Positions 9,395 to 19,939 of a stretch of 64,000 nt of DNA are shown piece by piece. The stretch spans positions 7,601 to 71,600 of the forward strand of contig JBAZJR010000001.1 in the NCBI GenBank assembly GCA_041651195.1, in the 5' to 3' direction. A program made the position numbers and the translations under genes. The stretch's first letter is position 1; the number at the start of each line of letters is the position of its first letter. The notes under the pieces were generated by a model, which searched no databases, was not told the DNA's origin, and was given only the letters and a program-made list of their open reading frames with translations. The DNA comes from Patescibacteria group bacterium (GTDB lineage: Bacteria > Patescibacteriota > Patescibacteriia > Patescibacteriales > UBA12465).

Positions 9395-10730
9395 AGTATT
9401 TGAATTGTTCTCCCCGATCCTTATAATTTTTAAATAGCCCGAAACTGGCGCAAGCGGTAGACAGCAGGATGACGTCGCCGCGCGCGCTATGCGTCCGGGC
9501 TAAAGCGACCGCTTCTTCCATGCCCTTTGCCGATGCGAGCTTCTCTTTAGGGAATTTTAGAGCGGTTAATGCTTTTTTTATCCGCGGCGTCGCTTGGCCG
9601 TCCAGTAAGATTAAAAATTTTACTTTATCTTTTATAGCTTTGGCCAGAGTCCGGAAATTCGCGCCTTTATCCGCGCCGCCGGCGATAAGGATCAACGGCG
9701 CCCGGAAAGATTCCAAGTCCAGAATCGTGCTCTCCGGCGTCGTGGAGAAGCTGTTGTCGAAATATTTTATACCATTTATCGTCGCCGCTAATTCCAGGCG
9801 ATGCTCCAGATTACGGAAAGAAGCGACTGTTTTTTCATAAATGGCCGGAGCAATCTTCAGGACCTTGGCGATAGCGACGGCCGCGCCGATATTTTCCTGG
9901 TTATAAACGCCGGTTAATCTTGATGGCAGGGAGTTTGCTCGGAAATAAATTATTTTACTCTTTATGTCAGCCGCCCTTAATTTATTTTTTAAACTCTGAT
10001 TCGCGACTAGATAGCGGTTAGACGGCGTCCGGGCGATATTTAATTTGGCTCGCCAGTAGGTAGCCGGGGAATTATGAAAATTAGGATTATGAGGATCGGC
10101 CGGAGCCAGGTGTTCTGGGAACAGGTTCGTAATCACCGCCCAGCGCGGCGCGTATTTTAGATCTTCCAGCTGGAAACTGGACAGTTCTAAGACCACGTAA
10201 TCGTCGGGCTTGATCCGATCGATGAAGGATAGGGGGGAGACGCCGATATTTCCGCCCAGCCAGACCCGGGCTTTTGTCCAGCGTTTATTGTGGCTTGAGG
10301 CGTCTTTTAGGATCCGGTAGATCAGACTAGCCGTCGTCCCCTTGCCTTTAGTGCCGGTGACGCCGATGATGTTCTTAGTCGGAGAAAGAGCGAAGAATAA
10401 ATTTAGCGGGTTCGTGATTTCTGTCTGGCCTTTCTGGCGAGCCGCCTTAATGCCCGGACAGGCCAGCGGCCATCCGGGCGAACGGAACAATCGATCGAAG
10501 CGATCCAGATCCTTATTAAAGTCGGCGCCCAGTTGATAATTAATTTTTAAATTCTTGGCTTTGATCCGGGGTAATTTATTCCTGGGCCGGAAATCGCAGA
10601 TCGTTATCGCGAGCGGCAGCTTAGTCCGATCTAGGACGGATAAAAGAGCCTGGTTATCCAAGCCTAAACCTAAGAGCGCGATCTTCTGGCCGCGCAGCTT
10701 CCGCAGTTCTTTCATTTGCGCTGTCGTCAT
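9375..10730 (-). CDS. murD: UDP-N-acetylmuramoylalanine--D-glutamate ligase
   Basis: Mur ligase P-loop GVTGTKGKGTTASLI, a MurD-type N-terminal Rossmann region, and a position adjacent to murI. Confidence 0.85.
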   Translation of the reverse strand: MTTAQMKELRKLRGQKIALLGLGLDNQALLSVLDRTKLPLAITICDFRPRNKLPRIKAKNLKINYQLGADFNKDLDRFDRLFRSPGWPLACPGIKAARQKGQTEITNPLNLFFALSPTKNIIGVTGTKGKGTTASLIYRILKDASSHNKRWTKARVWLGGNIGVSPLSFIDRIKPDDYVVLELSSFQLEDLKYAPRWAVITNLFPEHLAPADPHNPNFHNSPATYWRAKLNIARTPSNRYLVANQSLKNKLRAADIKSKIIYFRANSLPSRLTGVYNQENIGAAVAIAKVLKIAPAIYEKTVASFRNLEHRLELAATINGIKYFDNSFSTTPESTILDLESFRAPLILIAGGADKGANFRTLAKAIKDKVKFLILLDGQATPRIKKALTALKFPKEKLASAKGMEEAVALARTHSARGDVILLSTACASFGLFKNYKDRGEQFKYYARQKK

Positions 10731-10748
10731 TATTTTAACCTTTATATT

Positions 10749-13547
10749 TTACTTCAATTCGCCCCAATTATCGCCGCGGGCTTCTTCTACGATGATAGGG
10801 ACCCTCAATGCCAAGACTTCTTGCATGATCGTCTTGATCCGCGGCGCGTAAGCCCCAATCTTATCCTTTTTGATCTCAAAAATCAATTCATCATGGACCT
10901 GCAAGAGCAGTCGGATTTCCTCCTCTCTCCCTTTAATCAGCGCAGCGATTTTAACCATCGCCGCCTTGATGATGTCGGCCGCTGTCCCCTGGAGCGGCGT
11001 ATTGATCGCCATCCGTTCGGCGCTTTTGCGGACGACCGGGATCGTGGAATTAATTTCCGGGAGCGGCCTTTTACGGCCGAAGAGAGTTATCGCATAGCCA
11101 TTTTTTTGCGCTTCTCGGACGAAACGGTCGGTCATCTTCTTGATGCCGGGATAAGCGGCCAGATATTTTTTGATGAATTCGTTCGCCTGCCAGTAAGGGA
11201 TGCCGGCCGTTTGGCTCAGGCCATGCGGCCCCTGGCCGTAGAGGATGCCGAAGTTGATAGCTTTGGCTTCGCGGCGCATGTTTTTCGTGACCGTTGCCAA
11301 GTCGACATCATTTATTTCGGCTGCGGTCGCGCGATGGATGTCTTCCTCGTGCTTGAAGGCCTGGATCATCTTCTGGTCTCCGGACATATGGGCGGCCAGC
11401 CGGAGCTCTATTTGCGAATAATCGAAACCGACCAGTTGATAGCCCTTAGCCGCGACGAAAGCGCCGCGGATCTTCTGTCCCTCGGCGGTCCGGGTCGGGA
11501 TATTCTGCAAATTCGGATCAGCGGAAGAGAGGCGCCCGGTCGCCGCGATGGTCTGATTGAAACTAGTATGGATCCGTCCAGTCTTCGGGTTGACCAGTGC
11601 CGGGAGAGCGTTCAGGTAAGTCGTCTGTAATTTATTCAATTCCCGATAGTCTTGGAGCAGGGGGATGATCGGATGCAGGTCGCGCAACTTCACGAGCTCA
11701 TCTTCCGCCGTAGAAAAGCCGGTTTTGGTCTTTTTCAGGTTAGCCGTCGGGATTTCTAATTTTACGAATAAGATCTCTTTTAGTTGCTTGGTGGAATTGA
11801 CATTGAATCGGCTCTTAGCTAGCTTATGGATGGCTTTTTCCAGTTGTGCTAATTTTGTCCCGACTTCCTTATCCAGGCGAGCGAGCGGCGCGGTCTCTAG
11901 CTCGATGCCGTTATTTTCCATTTCCCCCAAGACCGGTACGAGCGGCATCTCGATCTTTTCAAAAAGCTCGTTCAGCTGTTCCGCTTTGAGCTTTTTTTTC
12001 AGGATATCGACTAGGCGATTGGTAAAGTCCGCATCCTCGCAGGAATAGAGGCTGAGCTTTTCCGGATCCAGGCTCTTAAAGTCAATCGTCAATTGTCCGG
12101 GCTGGGTGTCAGCCAGATTTACCTTACTGATCTTTTCAAAGCCCAACTCGGTAAAAACTAGGGCGTCCAAATTATGCTGGCGGTTAGAGGGGTTGATCAG
12201 ATAAGAGGCGATCATAGTATCGAAAGCCAAGCCTTGCAAGGCGACGCCTTGATTCTTTAAGACCCGCCAATCAAATTTTAGGTTATGGCCGTATTTTTTT
12301 ATTTTCTTATCCTCTAAGATCGGTTTTAACTCGGCTAAACGCTTCTTATTGATCAGGACGAAATAGGCTTCGCCCGTCCGCCAAGAGAAACTTAAGCCGA
12401 GCAGTTCGGCTGTGAGCGTGTCCAGGCCGGAAGTTTCACTGTCTATAGTGAAAGCTTTTTGAGTTTTTAATTTCTTTAAGAAGCTGGCGAATTTCTTATC
12501 GTCATCTACGAGCTGGTAATTGAATTTTTTCGCGTTGCGGGCAAATTTAGCCGCGCCGGATCCGCGAGCCAGGTCAACTGCCGCTATCTTTTTAGTCCCG
12601 GTTCTGGCCGCGGCGCTTGGTTCCGCATCCTTATCATGCGCTTTATTGATATTATCTCTTAGTTCTTTCACTTTTACCAAGAGTGATTTGAATTCTAATT
12701 CACTGAAGAGAGCCAGGACGCGGTCCAGCTGGAAAGCGGAAAATTTGATGTCATCCAGGGAAAATTTTAAAGGCGCCGCTTTATTGATCGTGGCCAGCTC
12801 TTGGCTCAGGTAGGCGTTAGCTTTACTGGCTTTTAATAATTCCAAGATCCGCGGCTTAATCTTAGGATCATTCTTTTTTACTGCGGCGTAGACGCCGTCC
12901 AAGTTTTTAAATTCCACGAGGAGTTCGCTCGCCGTCTTTTCGCCGATGCCTTTGACGCCCGGGATATTATCGCTCGGATCGCCGCGCAGGGCTTTATAGT
13001 CGATAATCTGGTCGGGATCCAGACTATAACGTTCTTTGACTTGCGGCGCGCCGTATAGGACGCTATCGGACAGGCCGCGGCTCATCGTATAGACCTTGGT
13101 TTTATCATCGATCAATTGGAGCGTATCCAGGTCGCCGGTGATGATTATTTTTTCCAACTTCTTTTCTCTATTTGCCTGGGCGCAGATCGTGCCGATCAGG
13201 TCATCAGCTTCGTAGCCGCTTAGCTCAAAGATCGGGATATTGAAAGCTTCCGCGACGCGTTTCACGAGCGGGATCTGTTCGTATAATTCATCCGGCGCCT
13301 TGACGCGGGTCGCTTTATAGTCGGCATAAACCTCATGGCGGAAGGTCGGCCCTTTCTTATCCAGGGTCAGGACGACATACTCGGGATGGAACTCATTCAG
13401 GGCTTTTAAGAGGAAAGCCGTAAAGCCGTAGACCGCGTTGACTAATAAGCCGTCTTTAGTGCGTAAAGTCGGCGGCAGAGCATGGAAACTACGATGGATA
13501 AGGGCGTTTCCGTCAATGATGATGAGTTTTGGCTTGGTCTTGGACAT
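10749..13547 (-). CDS. polA: DNA polymerase I (5'-3' exonuclease, 3'-5' exonuclease-like and polymerase domains)
   Basis: 932 aa. IIDGNALIHRSFHA (5' nuclease), DYSQIELRLAAHMSGD (motif A) and QVHDELIFE (motif C). Confidence 0.95.
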   Translation of the reverse strand: MSKTKPKLIIIDGNALIHRSFHALPPTLRTKDGLLVNAVYGFTAFLLKALNEFHPEYVVLTLDKKGPTFRHEVYADYKATRVKAPDELYEQIPLVKRVAEAFNIPIFELSGYEADDLIGTICAQANREKKLEKIIITGDLDTLQLIDDKTKVYTMSRGLSDSVLYGAPQVKERYSLDPDQIIDYKALRGDPSDNIPGVKGIGEKTASELLVEFKNLDGVYAAVKKNDPKIKPRILELLKASKANAYLSQELATINKAAPLKFSLDDIKFSAFQLDRVLALFSELEFKSLLVKVKELRDNINKAHDKDAEPSAAARTGTKKIAAVDLARGSGAAKFARNAKKFNYQLVDDDKKFASFLKKLKTQKAFTIDSETSGLDTLTAELLGLSFSWRTGEAYFVLINKKRLAELKPILEDKKIKKYGHNLKFDWRVLKNQGVALQGLAFDTMIASYLINPSNRQHNLDALVFTELGFEKISKVNLADTQPGQLTIDFKSLDPEKLSLYSCEDADFTNRLVDILKKKLKAEQLNELFEKIEMPLVPVLGEMENNGIELETAPLARLDKEVGTKLAQLEKAIHKLAKSRFNVNSTKQLKEILFVKLEIPTANLKKTKTGFSTAEDELVKLRDLHPIIPLLQDYRELNKLQTTYLNALPALVNPKTGRIHTSFNQTIAATGRLSSADPNLQNIPTRTAEGQKIRGAFVAAKGYQLVGFDYSQIELRLAAHMSGDQKMIQAFKHEEDIHRATAAEINDVDLATVTKNMRREAKAINFGILYGQGPHGLSQTAGIPYWQANEFIKKYLAAYPGIKKMTDRFVREAQKNGYAITLFGRKRPLPEINSTIPVVRKSAERMAINTPLQGTAADIIKAAMVKIAALIKGREEEIRLLLQVHDELIFEIKKDKIGAYAPRIKTIMQEVLALRVPIIVEEARGDNWGELK

Positions 13548-13851
13548 GTCTTGATTTTATCATTTTTAAAGCCAGCGGGCAAAGCCGAGAAAAAATCGGA
13601 AAATAAAAAAACGGCTCCTGACAAGAAACATCAGAAAGCCGTTTTGAGGGGGTCGTGTAAAAATTTTAAAATGTGATTGAAAGAACGGGAACCCGCCTCA
13701 AGAAAATAGTATGGCGGACCCACCGCGTTAGCCTGGCTGTAAATAACAACCAAACATAAAATCTAAATACTTAAATGCATCGATTCAAATATCCAGACTA
13801 TTCCTAGGACACGGCAGGAATTAGGAGTGTGTCCAGGCGATGGGCCCATAG

Positions 13852-13989
13852 TTAAGCGAAAGAAGTTATGTGGGGATTTGGTGAAACATCCCCAAGCTCC
13901 AGTTTATTTAGCGGAGCGAATTGGGCCTGTCTTTCGCCAACTACGAAGAAGATAACTGTAATGAACGAGGAAAAAACGTATAGTCTCAT
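13852..13989 (-). CDS. possible small hydrophobic peptide (45 aa, not in the ORF track)
   Basis: My own translation: MRLYVFSSFITVIFFVVGERQAQFAPLNKLELGDVSPNPHITSFA. AAGGAG lies 5 nt upstream of the ATG. It sits in an otherwise ORF-poor 0.8-kb spacer. Confidence 0.3.
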   Translation of the reverse strand: MRLYVFSSFITVIFFVVGERQAQFAPLNKLELGDVSPNPHITSFA

Positions 13990-14361
13990 AAAATCTCCTT
14001 GTGTTGGTTCGTGTTGGTAATGGTGATATTATGATGGCCGTACCGAACTTTTACCGTTTGTTAACCTGAGCAATATGCTTTCGGTCTTTGTGTTCTTGTT
14101 TGGTAAATTTCAGTATCGGACCGCTGATAAAGGAAAGGTGAGCCGGCGCACTGTGTCATGTGCAGTATCTCCCGCTGGGAAATGGTGGTATCCCGTCTTG
14201 GGGATTTTTTTATTTTGGGCTGCCCCTGTTGTTTATTTTGGGTTGTCCCTATCCTTTATATATCCTGTATATTACTCGTCCGCTTTTAAAAGTCAATACC
14301 CCCTATTTAGGATTTGTGGAAAAGCCTATTTTTTAGTAAAATTATATAGAAAAGCTATCTT

Positions 14362-15114
14362 ATGTCCATGGAGAAGAAAACAATCATCATTGCCGGCCGG
14401 AGTGTAAGCTATCTGGTCAGTCCCGGTCTTAAAAATGATCAGACCATAGTATTTTTGCCGGGCTGGAAGTCTCCGGTCGATTTATTCTGCTCGGTGATGG
14501 GTGATATGCCCAATCTGCTAGCGGTCAATTTTCCGGGTTGGCCGGGCAGCGAAGCGCCGGATAAAGCCTGGGGCTTGGCGGAGTATGCTGATTTTTTAAA
14601 GACTTTTTTAGAGAAAATAAATATTCGACCCGCCATCCTAATCGCCCATAGCGTCGGCGCCGCTATCGCCATTGAATATCTGAGTCGCGGCGGCCAAGCC
14701 AAAAAATTAATCCTAGTAGACGGCGCCGTCATCCGGGAGAAGTCAGGGAAGGCGAACGCGCTTTTTGTCGGCGCCAAGATTTTTCGTTTTTTATTCCCCT
14801 TCGTGGGCAGGAAATGGCGGCAGCGTCTAGGCGGCAAATTGTTGAGCGTGGACTATCGCGAAGCGGGTGAGTTAGAGAAAACCTATAAGCGCCTGATCAC
14901 TGAAGATCGGCAAGCTTTTTTCCGAGCCTTAGACTTGCCAATCGCTATGGTTTGGGGTCAAGATGATCAAGACACTCCTTTGGATCAGGCGAGAAGATTA
15001 GAGCGCCTGCGTCCGCAGACCGCCCTAGAAATCATCCCCGGCGCCGGCCATTATTGTTTTTTAGACAAGCCCCGGGAGTTTAAAGCTATCTTAGCTAAAT
15101 TATTATGGATATAA
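14362..15114 (+). CDS. alpha/beta-fold hydrolase
   Basis: Nucleophile elbow IAHSVGAA (GxSxG-like). A C-terminal GAGHYCFLD supplies the His of the triad. Confidence 0.75.
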   Translation: MSMEKKTIIIAGRSVSYLVSPGLKNDQTIVFLPGWKSPVDLFCSVMGDMPNLLAVNFPGWPGSEAPDKAWGLAEYADFLKTFLEKINIRPAILIAHSVGAAIAIEYLSRGGQAKKLILVDGAVIREKSGKANALFVGAKIFRFLFPFVGRKWRQRLGGKLLSVDYREAGELEKTYKRLITEDRQAFFRALDLPIAMVWGQDDQDTPLDQARRLERLRPQTALEIIPGAGHYCFLDKPREFKAILAKLLWI

Positions 15115-16475
15115 TCCGCGGCTTAATCTATATCTTGCAGCGCGAGTCTTATGATGCGCGGCGCTTCTTATCTTTTGTCTATCAGGATTGGCGCTGGTGG
15201 TCGCTAGAGAAGAGACAGGCGATAACTTGGACCAATAAGGCAAGAGTCTTATATTTTGCTGTCTGGTTTTTTGGCCTAGTCTTGATTATCGCCCTGATTT
15301 ACTGGTTGCGCGTTTGGGCGCTCGTTCCGCTTTTGGCTATGGCCCCCTTGTTGCCAGTCTTTGTCTTATTGGTTCTATTAGTCGTCTGGCCCTTAGACTA
15401 TATATTAAAGAAGAGGATAATCCTCCTGGCCGGCAGGGAATTGCGAAGAATGCCTGTCAAAGTGATCGGCATTACCGGCAGTTATGGTAAGACCAGCCTA
15501 AAAGAGATCTTATTAGTCACCCTTAACTCCGGTTTCAAGGTCATCGCCACGCCCGATAACGTCAATACTGACCTCGGCATCGCCAATTTTATCTTAGCCC
15601 AGCGGAAAGATATCGCCGCGGCGGATTTTTTTATCGTAGAGATGGGCGCTTATCAGGTCGGCGATATCGCCAAGATTTGTAGTTTAGTCCGACCCGCCTA
15701 TTCTTTTTTGACCGGCATTAATGAATCGCATCTGGAGAGATTCGGGAGCCTGGCCAACACGATCCAGGCGAAATTTGAATTAGCCGAACGGACTGGTAAA
15801 AAAGTTATCTTGAATCTGAACGATATTAATATCCGAGAGAATTATCCTAAATTTAAATTACCAGCGATGAGCGGCGTAGATTATGCCGCTGTATCGGCAA
15901 TCGCCAGCCTGCCTGATTTTGCCGGCTGGTCTTTTAAGTATAAACAGCATAGTTTCACTACCCGCCTCCTAGCTAGGCATAATATCATCCTGATCGCTAT
16001 GGCCCTGGTCTTAGCGGAAGAATTGGGCCTAGACTTAGGTCGAGCCGTACTCCCCCTAGCCTCGCTGCCTTATATCAAGCATCGTCTAGAACCTATCCGG
16101 AACGCCCAGTCGCGGCTCTTAGTCATCGACGACAGCTATAACGGCAACTTCCAAGGTTTCGTCAGCGGGGTCGAAGTCTTAAGCCGTGCCGCTGGCCGAA
16201 AATTAGTCATCACGCCAGGTTTAGTTGAACTCGGAGACAAGAAGGAAGAGCGCCATCGCGAGATTGCCCGGCTATACGCGGAGAACCATTTAGATCTCGT
16301 CCTCTTGATCAAGAATAGCGCAACGCAGTATATTATTGATGAGTTCATAAAGATCGGATTCACCGGCTACCAAGTTTATCCCGATACGGTTTCCGCCCAT
16401 CAGGCCTTGGGCGCGGTCTTGAAAGAAGGCGATACCATTGTCTTCCAGAATGATTGGCCGGATAATTATAAATAA
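15105..16475 (+). CDS. murF: UDP-MurNAc-tripeptide--D-alanyl-D-alanine ligase with an N-terminal ~100-aa membrane extension
   Basis: Mur ligase P-loop VIGITGSYGKTSLKE and a DDSYNGN block, immediately upstream of ddl. Confidence 0.75.
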   Translation: MDIIRGLIYILQRESYDARRFLSFVYQDWRWWSLEKRQAITWTNKARVLYFAVWFFGLVLIIALIYWLRVWALVPLLAMAPLLPVFVLLVLLVVWPLDYILKKRIILLAGRELRRMPVKVIGITGSYGKTSLKEILLVTLNSGFKVIATPDNVNTDLGIANFILAQRKDIAAADFFIVEMGAYQVGDIAKICSLVRPAYSFLTGINESHLERFGSLANTIQAKFELAERTGKKVILNLNDINIRENYPKFKLPAMSGVDYAAVSAIASLPDFAGWSFKYKQHSFTTRLLARHNIILIAMALVLAEELGLDLGRAVLPLASLPYIKHRLEPIRNAQSRLLVIDDSYNGNFQGFVSGVEVLSRAAGRKLVITPGLVELGDKKEERHREIARLYAENHLDLVLLIKNSATQYIIDEFIKIGFTGYQVYPDTVSAHQALGAVLKEGDTIVFQNDWPDNYK

Positions 16476-16484
16476 TTTAAATAT

Positions 16485-17666
16485 ATGAAGACCATAAGAA
16501 ATATCGGCGTTTTTTTCGGCGGAAAGAGCCCAGAACACGACATCTCAATCATCACCGGCCAGCTCATGATCGCGGAATTGAAGAAGATGCCGGAGTATCA
16601 CGTTATCCCAGTTTATCTGGATAAACAGGAAAGATTCTTTATCGGCGATAAATTGGGGAGCCTCGCTTTTTTCAGCGCCGATGATTATCAGTCCGATTTG
16701 GCCGGTTGCGGCGGCTATCTTCTTAATTTGGACGCTTCTGATGGCATCTTGTGTTTTGAGAAGAAGAGCTTGTTTTCTAAGACCGCGGTCGTGATCGATT
16801 TAGTCCTGCCCGCCTTCCACGGTAATCTGGGCGAAGACGGATCGATGCAAGGATTCTGGGATATCTTCGGCATCCCTTACGCCGGTTGCGAAGTGGCCGC
16901 TTCCAGCCTGGCGATGGATAAGGTGTTGACGAAAATATTTTATCGCGGCTTAGGCGTACCAACGACTAAATTCTTAAGTTATAGCCGGTCGGAATGGGCG
17001 GAGCGGAAAGATCAGATTTTGGTCGAGATCAAAGATTCTTTAAAGTGGCCGGTTTTCGTCAAGCCGCCGCATCTCGGCTCCTCTATCGGGATCACTAAGG
17101 TCAAAGAGTTCGCTGATCTGGAACAAGCTTGCGAAGTCGCTTTGCATTATGATGAGAAACTTTTAGTGGAAGAAGGCGTGGAGAATTTAGTTGATCTGAC
17201 CTGCGCGGTGCGCGGTTATCATGAGCCGCAAGCTTCATTGATCCAAGAATCTTCTTTCGCGACCGACCTCTTCAGTTATGAGGATAAATATCTGAGCGAC
17301 GGCGGCGCGCAGCTTGGCCAAGCAGAACAGAAAATCACTATTCCGGCGGATATCGATCCAGCTATCGCCACCGCCATCCAGGCCGCTTCCCGGAAAATAT
17401 TCAGCGCCCTAGGTTGTGTCGGTATCGCGCGTTTTGATTTTTTATACAACCGGGCGACCAAGGAATATTTCGCTAATGAGATCAATCCTTTGCCCGGTAC
17501 CTTATATCATCATCTCTGGCAGAAGAGCGGCGTCGCGATCAGCGATCTGATCCGCGGCCTGATCGCCGATGCTTTGGCGCGCCATGCGGAGAAGGAGGCG
17601 ACGGCGCGCACTTTCTCTTCCGAGGTCTTAGGACGCCTCAAGGGCTTAAAATTAGTCCAGAAATAA
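16485..17666 (+). CDS. ddl: D-alanine--D-alanine ligase
   Basis: FFGGKSPEHDISIITG N-terminus, ATP-grasp core, and a C-terminal NEINPLPG block. Confidence 0.9.
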   Translation: MKTIRNIGVFFGGKSPEHDISIITGQLMIAELKKMPEYHVIPVYLDKQERFFIGDKLGSLAFFSADDYQSDLAGCGGYLLNLDASDGILCFEKKSLFSKTAVVIDLVLPAFHGNLGEDGSMQGFWDIFGIPYAGCEVAASSLAMDKVLTKIFYRGLGVPTTKFLSYSRSEWAERKDQILVEIKDSLKWPVFVKPPHLGSSIGITKVKEFADLEQACEVALHYDEKLLVEEGVENLVDLTCAVRGYHEPQASLIQESSFATDLFSYEDKYLSDGGAQLGQAEQKITIPADIDPAIATAIQAASRKIFSALGCVGIARFDFLYNRATKEYFANEINPLPGTLYHHLWQKSGVAISDLIRGLIADALARHAEKEATARTFSSEVLGRLKGLKLVQK

Positions 17667-17684
17667 AAGCTTAGGCGGGGCCTT

Positions 17685-19835
17685 ATGTTCAAGAGAAAAA
17701 AATTATTATATTTTTCGGCCTTGGTCGGCGCTTTAACCATCTTTAACGCGCTGTTCTTTTTTTATTATTATACCCGGATCAATCTCCAGCTGTCCGGCCT
17801 GACCGTCCTCTTCATCTTTTTATTTTCCTTGAATTTCGTTTTAGCCTTCCATCTATTTAAGAATAAGCTCTGGCGCATTTCCTATGCCTTGTCGTTCGTA
17901 CTCTTCACCCTTTACTTCCTTGTCAATTTTGCTTATTACGACGTTTTTCGGATTTTCTGGCAGGCTAATACTGGGCAGCTGGGCGCGCTGAACAGTTCGG
18001 AGCTTGACCTGCTCTTGAGTTATTATAACCTGATCCCGCTCGGCCTGTATATTTCGGCCGGCGCTTTACTGATACTCACCGGTCTTAGTTTATTTCTTTA
18101 TGCGAAAACTAGACGGCGGCTTTACCAAAAGATCGTCCGTTCGATAGATTTTTTGCAAGGTCGGAGAAATAGCCGGTCGACGCCGGTTTGGCTGATCTTT
18201 TTCTTGATCATCGTCATTAATACTTCCGCCGTCGGCCTACTTAACGTTTATAAGCACCAGATCAGCTTGGCTGGCTTCCAAAAGACCCAGTATTATTCTG
18301 ACCTTGGTCCCTATGGTTTCCTGTTTGACCGCCTGATTGTCAGGCTCGGACAATTGCCGCGCCTTTTTGCCCAGCCGGAAGCGACCGCCAAGATCAGCGA
18401 TATTGATAGCCTGAAATCAAGCCTGCAGAAATTAGCCGCCCTGTCTTTAAATAGCGAGATAACGCCGACACCTTTAAGATTAACGAATAAGCTAGACCAG
18501 CCCCACATCATCATCTACCAGATGGAATCGGTTGGCGCTTGGGCTTTAAAGCAAGAACCATCGCCCATGCCTTTCTTGTCTAAATTGATCGCTGAAAATA
18601 TCAGTGTCGGCCATTTTTTTTCCAATAGCTGTACGACGATCAACTCCGAACTCGCCGCGAATTGCAGTTTCTATCCCGAGTCGACCGGCCCGGTGAGCGA
18701 TCTTTTCGCTTATAATAATTATTATTGCCTGCCGGAAATCCTGAAAGATGAATTCGATTATACGACCGCGGTCTATCATGCCAATGAGGCCAGCTTCTGG
18801 CATCGCGATATCTTGGATCCGAAGTGGGGATATAATCGCCTCTACTTCACGCCGGATTACCGCTTACGGGCGAGTGACGGCGAAGTCCTGGCTGATGTCC
18901 TTATTAAGATCAAGCAGTCGCCTAGACCGACTTTCAATTATATCATCGGCTTTACTAGCCATGGGCCGCATAATCAGGATTTTATTGATCTGAACCATTA
19001 TGAAAATAACCTGAACATCTCTCCCTATCTCCAGCCTTTGAGCGCGAATAGCCTTTCAGCCGCGACAGATGAAGTTAGCCTCCGGAATTATTTCGGTTTC
19101 CTGAAGGCGGTAGATAATGATATTAAAAAATTATTCTCTGATTTGGCAGCTAACGGCTTATTGGATAAGACCGTCGTCATCATTTACGGCGACCATCGTT
19201 ATTATCCCTTCGCTTCTGGCGACGTGGCGGCGGACTTTTATAATTATAACGAGATCCCCTTCGTGATGTATGTGCCAGGCGGGGTAAGCGGCCAAGCGCA
19301 GTCAGTGGCCAGCCAGGCGGATATCGCGCCGACTCTTTTGGATATCGTCGCTGGAGAGGGCTACGAGCGGCCGCCCTATTTTATCGGTACCAGTTTATTT
19401 TCGCCGGATCATCCTAATAACGCCATCAGCAAATGCCTGGGAGAAAATGATTATATCGATGATAATATCGTGATCCAGAACGAAAAATTATTAAATACTT
19501 TCCAGCCCTTGGTCTTCAGCCAGAAATATGCCGGCCTGAAGTATGAGCAGTATGTCGCGGCTTTTTCCGAGGTCATCGCCAAGAGTGATCGGATCTTAGT
19601 TAATAACGAGCTTACGGGACCGAGCGATTCCCTGACGGCGACGAGCACTGGCCCGGCCAAGGAATTAGACCTGAATCAGGCGACTGATTCTGATAAAGAC
19701 GGCTTGTCTGACCTGCGCGAGAAGGCACTCGGCCTGGATCCGCATAATCTGGACACCGATGGCGACGGCTATCTGGACGGAGTAGAAGTCATTAACGGCT
19801 ATAACCCGAAAGGCCCGGGAAAACTAGCTCCCTAG
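17685..19835 (+). CDS. LTA-synthase/sulfatase-family membrane protein with C-terminal thrombospondin-type-3-like Ca-binding repeats
   Basis: About 5 N-terminal TM helices, then a sulfatase-like domain (IIIYQMESVG, GFTSHGPH, VIIYGDH). The tail is DSDKDGLSDLRE...DTDGDGYLDGVE. Confidence 0.65.
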   Translation: MFKRKKLLYFSALVGALTIFNALFFFYYYTRINLQLSGLTVLFIFLFSLNFVLAFHLFKNKLWRISYALSFVLFTLYFLVNFAYYDVFRIFWQANTGQLGALNSSELDLLLSYYNLIPLGLYISAGALLILTGLSLFLYAKTRRRLYQKIVRSIDFLQGRRNSRSTPVWLIFFLIIVINTSAVGLLNVYKHQISLAGFQKTQYYSDLGPYGFLFDRLIVRLGQLPRLFAQPEATAKISDIDSLKSSLQKLAALSLNSEITPTPLRLTNKLDQPHIIIYQMESVGAWALKQEPSPMPFLSKLIAENISVGHFFSNSCTTINSELAANCSFYPESTGPVSDLFAYNNYYCLPEILKDEFDYTTAVYHANEASFWHRDILDPKWGYNRLYFTPDYRLRASDGEVLADVLIKIKQSPRPTFNYIIGFTSHGPHNQDFIDLNHYENNLNISPYLQPLSANSLSAATDEVSLRNYFGFLKAVDNDIKKLFSDLAANGLLDKTVVIIYGDHRYYPFASGDVAADFYNYNEIPFVMYVPGGVSGQAQSVASQADIAPTLLDIVAGEGYERPPYFIGTSLFSPDHPNNAISKCLGENDYIDDNIVIQNEKLLNTFQPLVFSQKYAGLKYEQYVAAFSEVIAKSDRILVNNELTGPSDSLTATSTGPAKELDLNQATDSDKDGLSDLREKALGLDPHNLDTDGDGYLDGVEVINGYNPKGPGKLAP

Positions 19836-19939
19836 GCGGAAAAGTCCGGGATAATTTTATTTTGACAGATCATCCCTGATATATTAATATAAGTTATTAT
19901 TTTTAACTGTCCTTTTATCAATGAAATAGGAGAAATGCA

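Noticed and set aside
14075-14407. 110-aa plus-strand ORF upstream of the hydrolase gene
   Set aside because: No SD, odd composition, and it overlaps the well-supported start of the 14362 gene in another frame.
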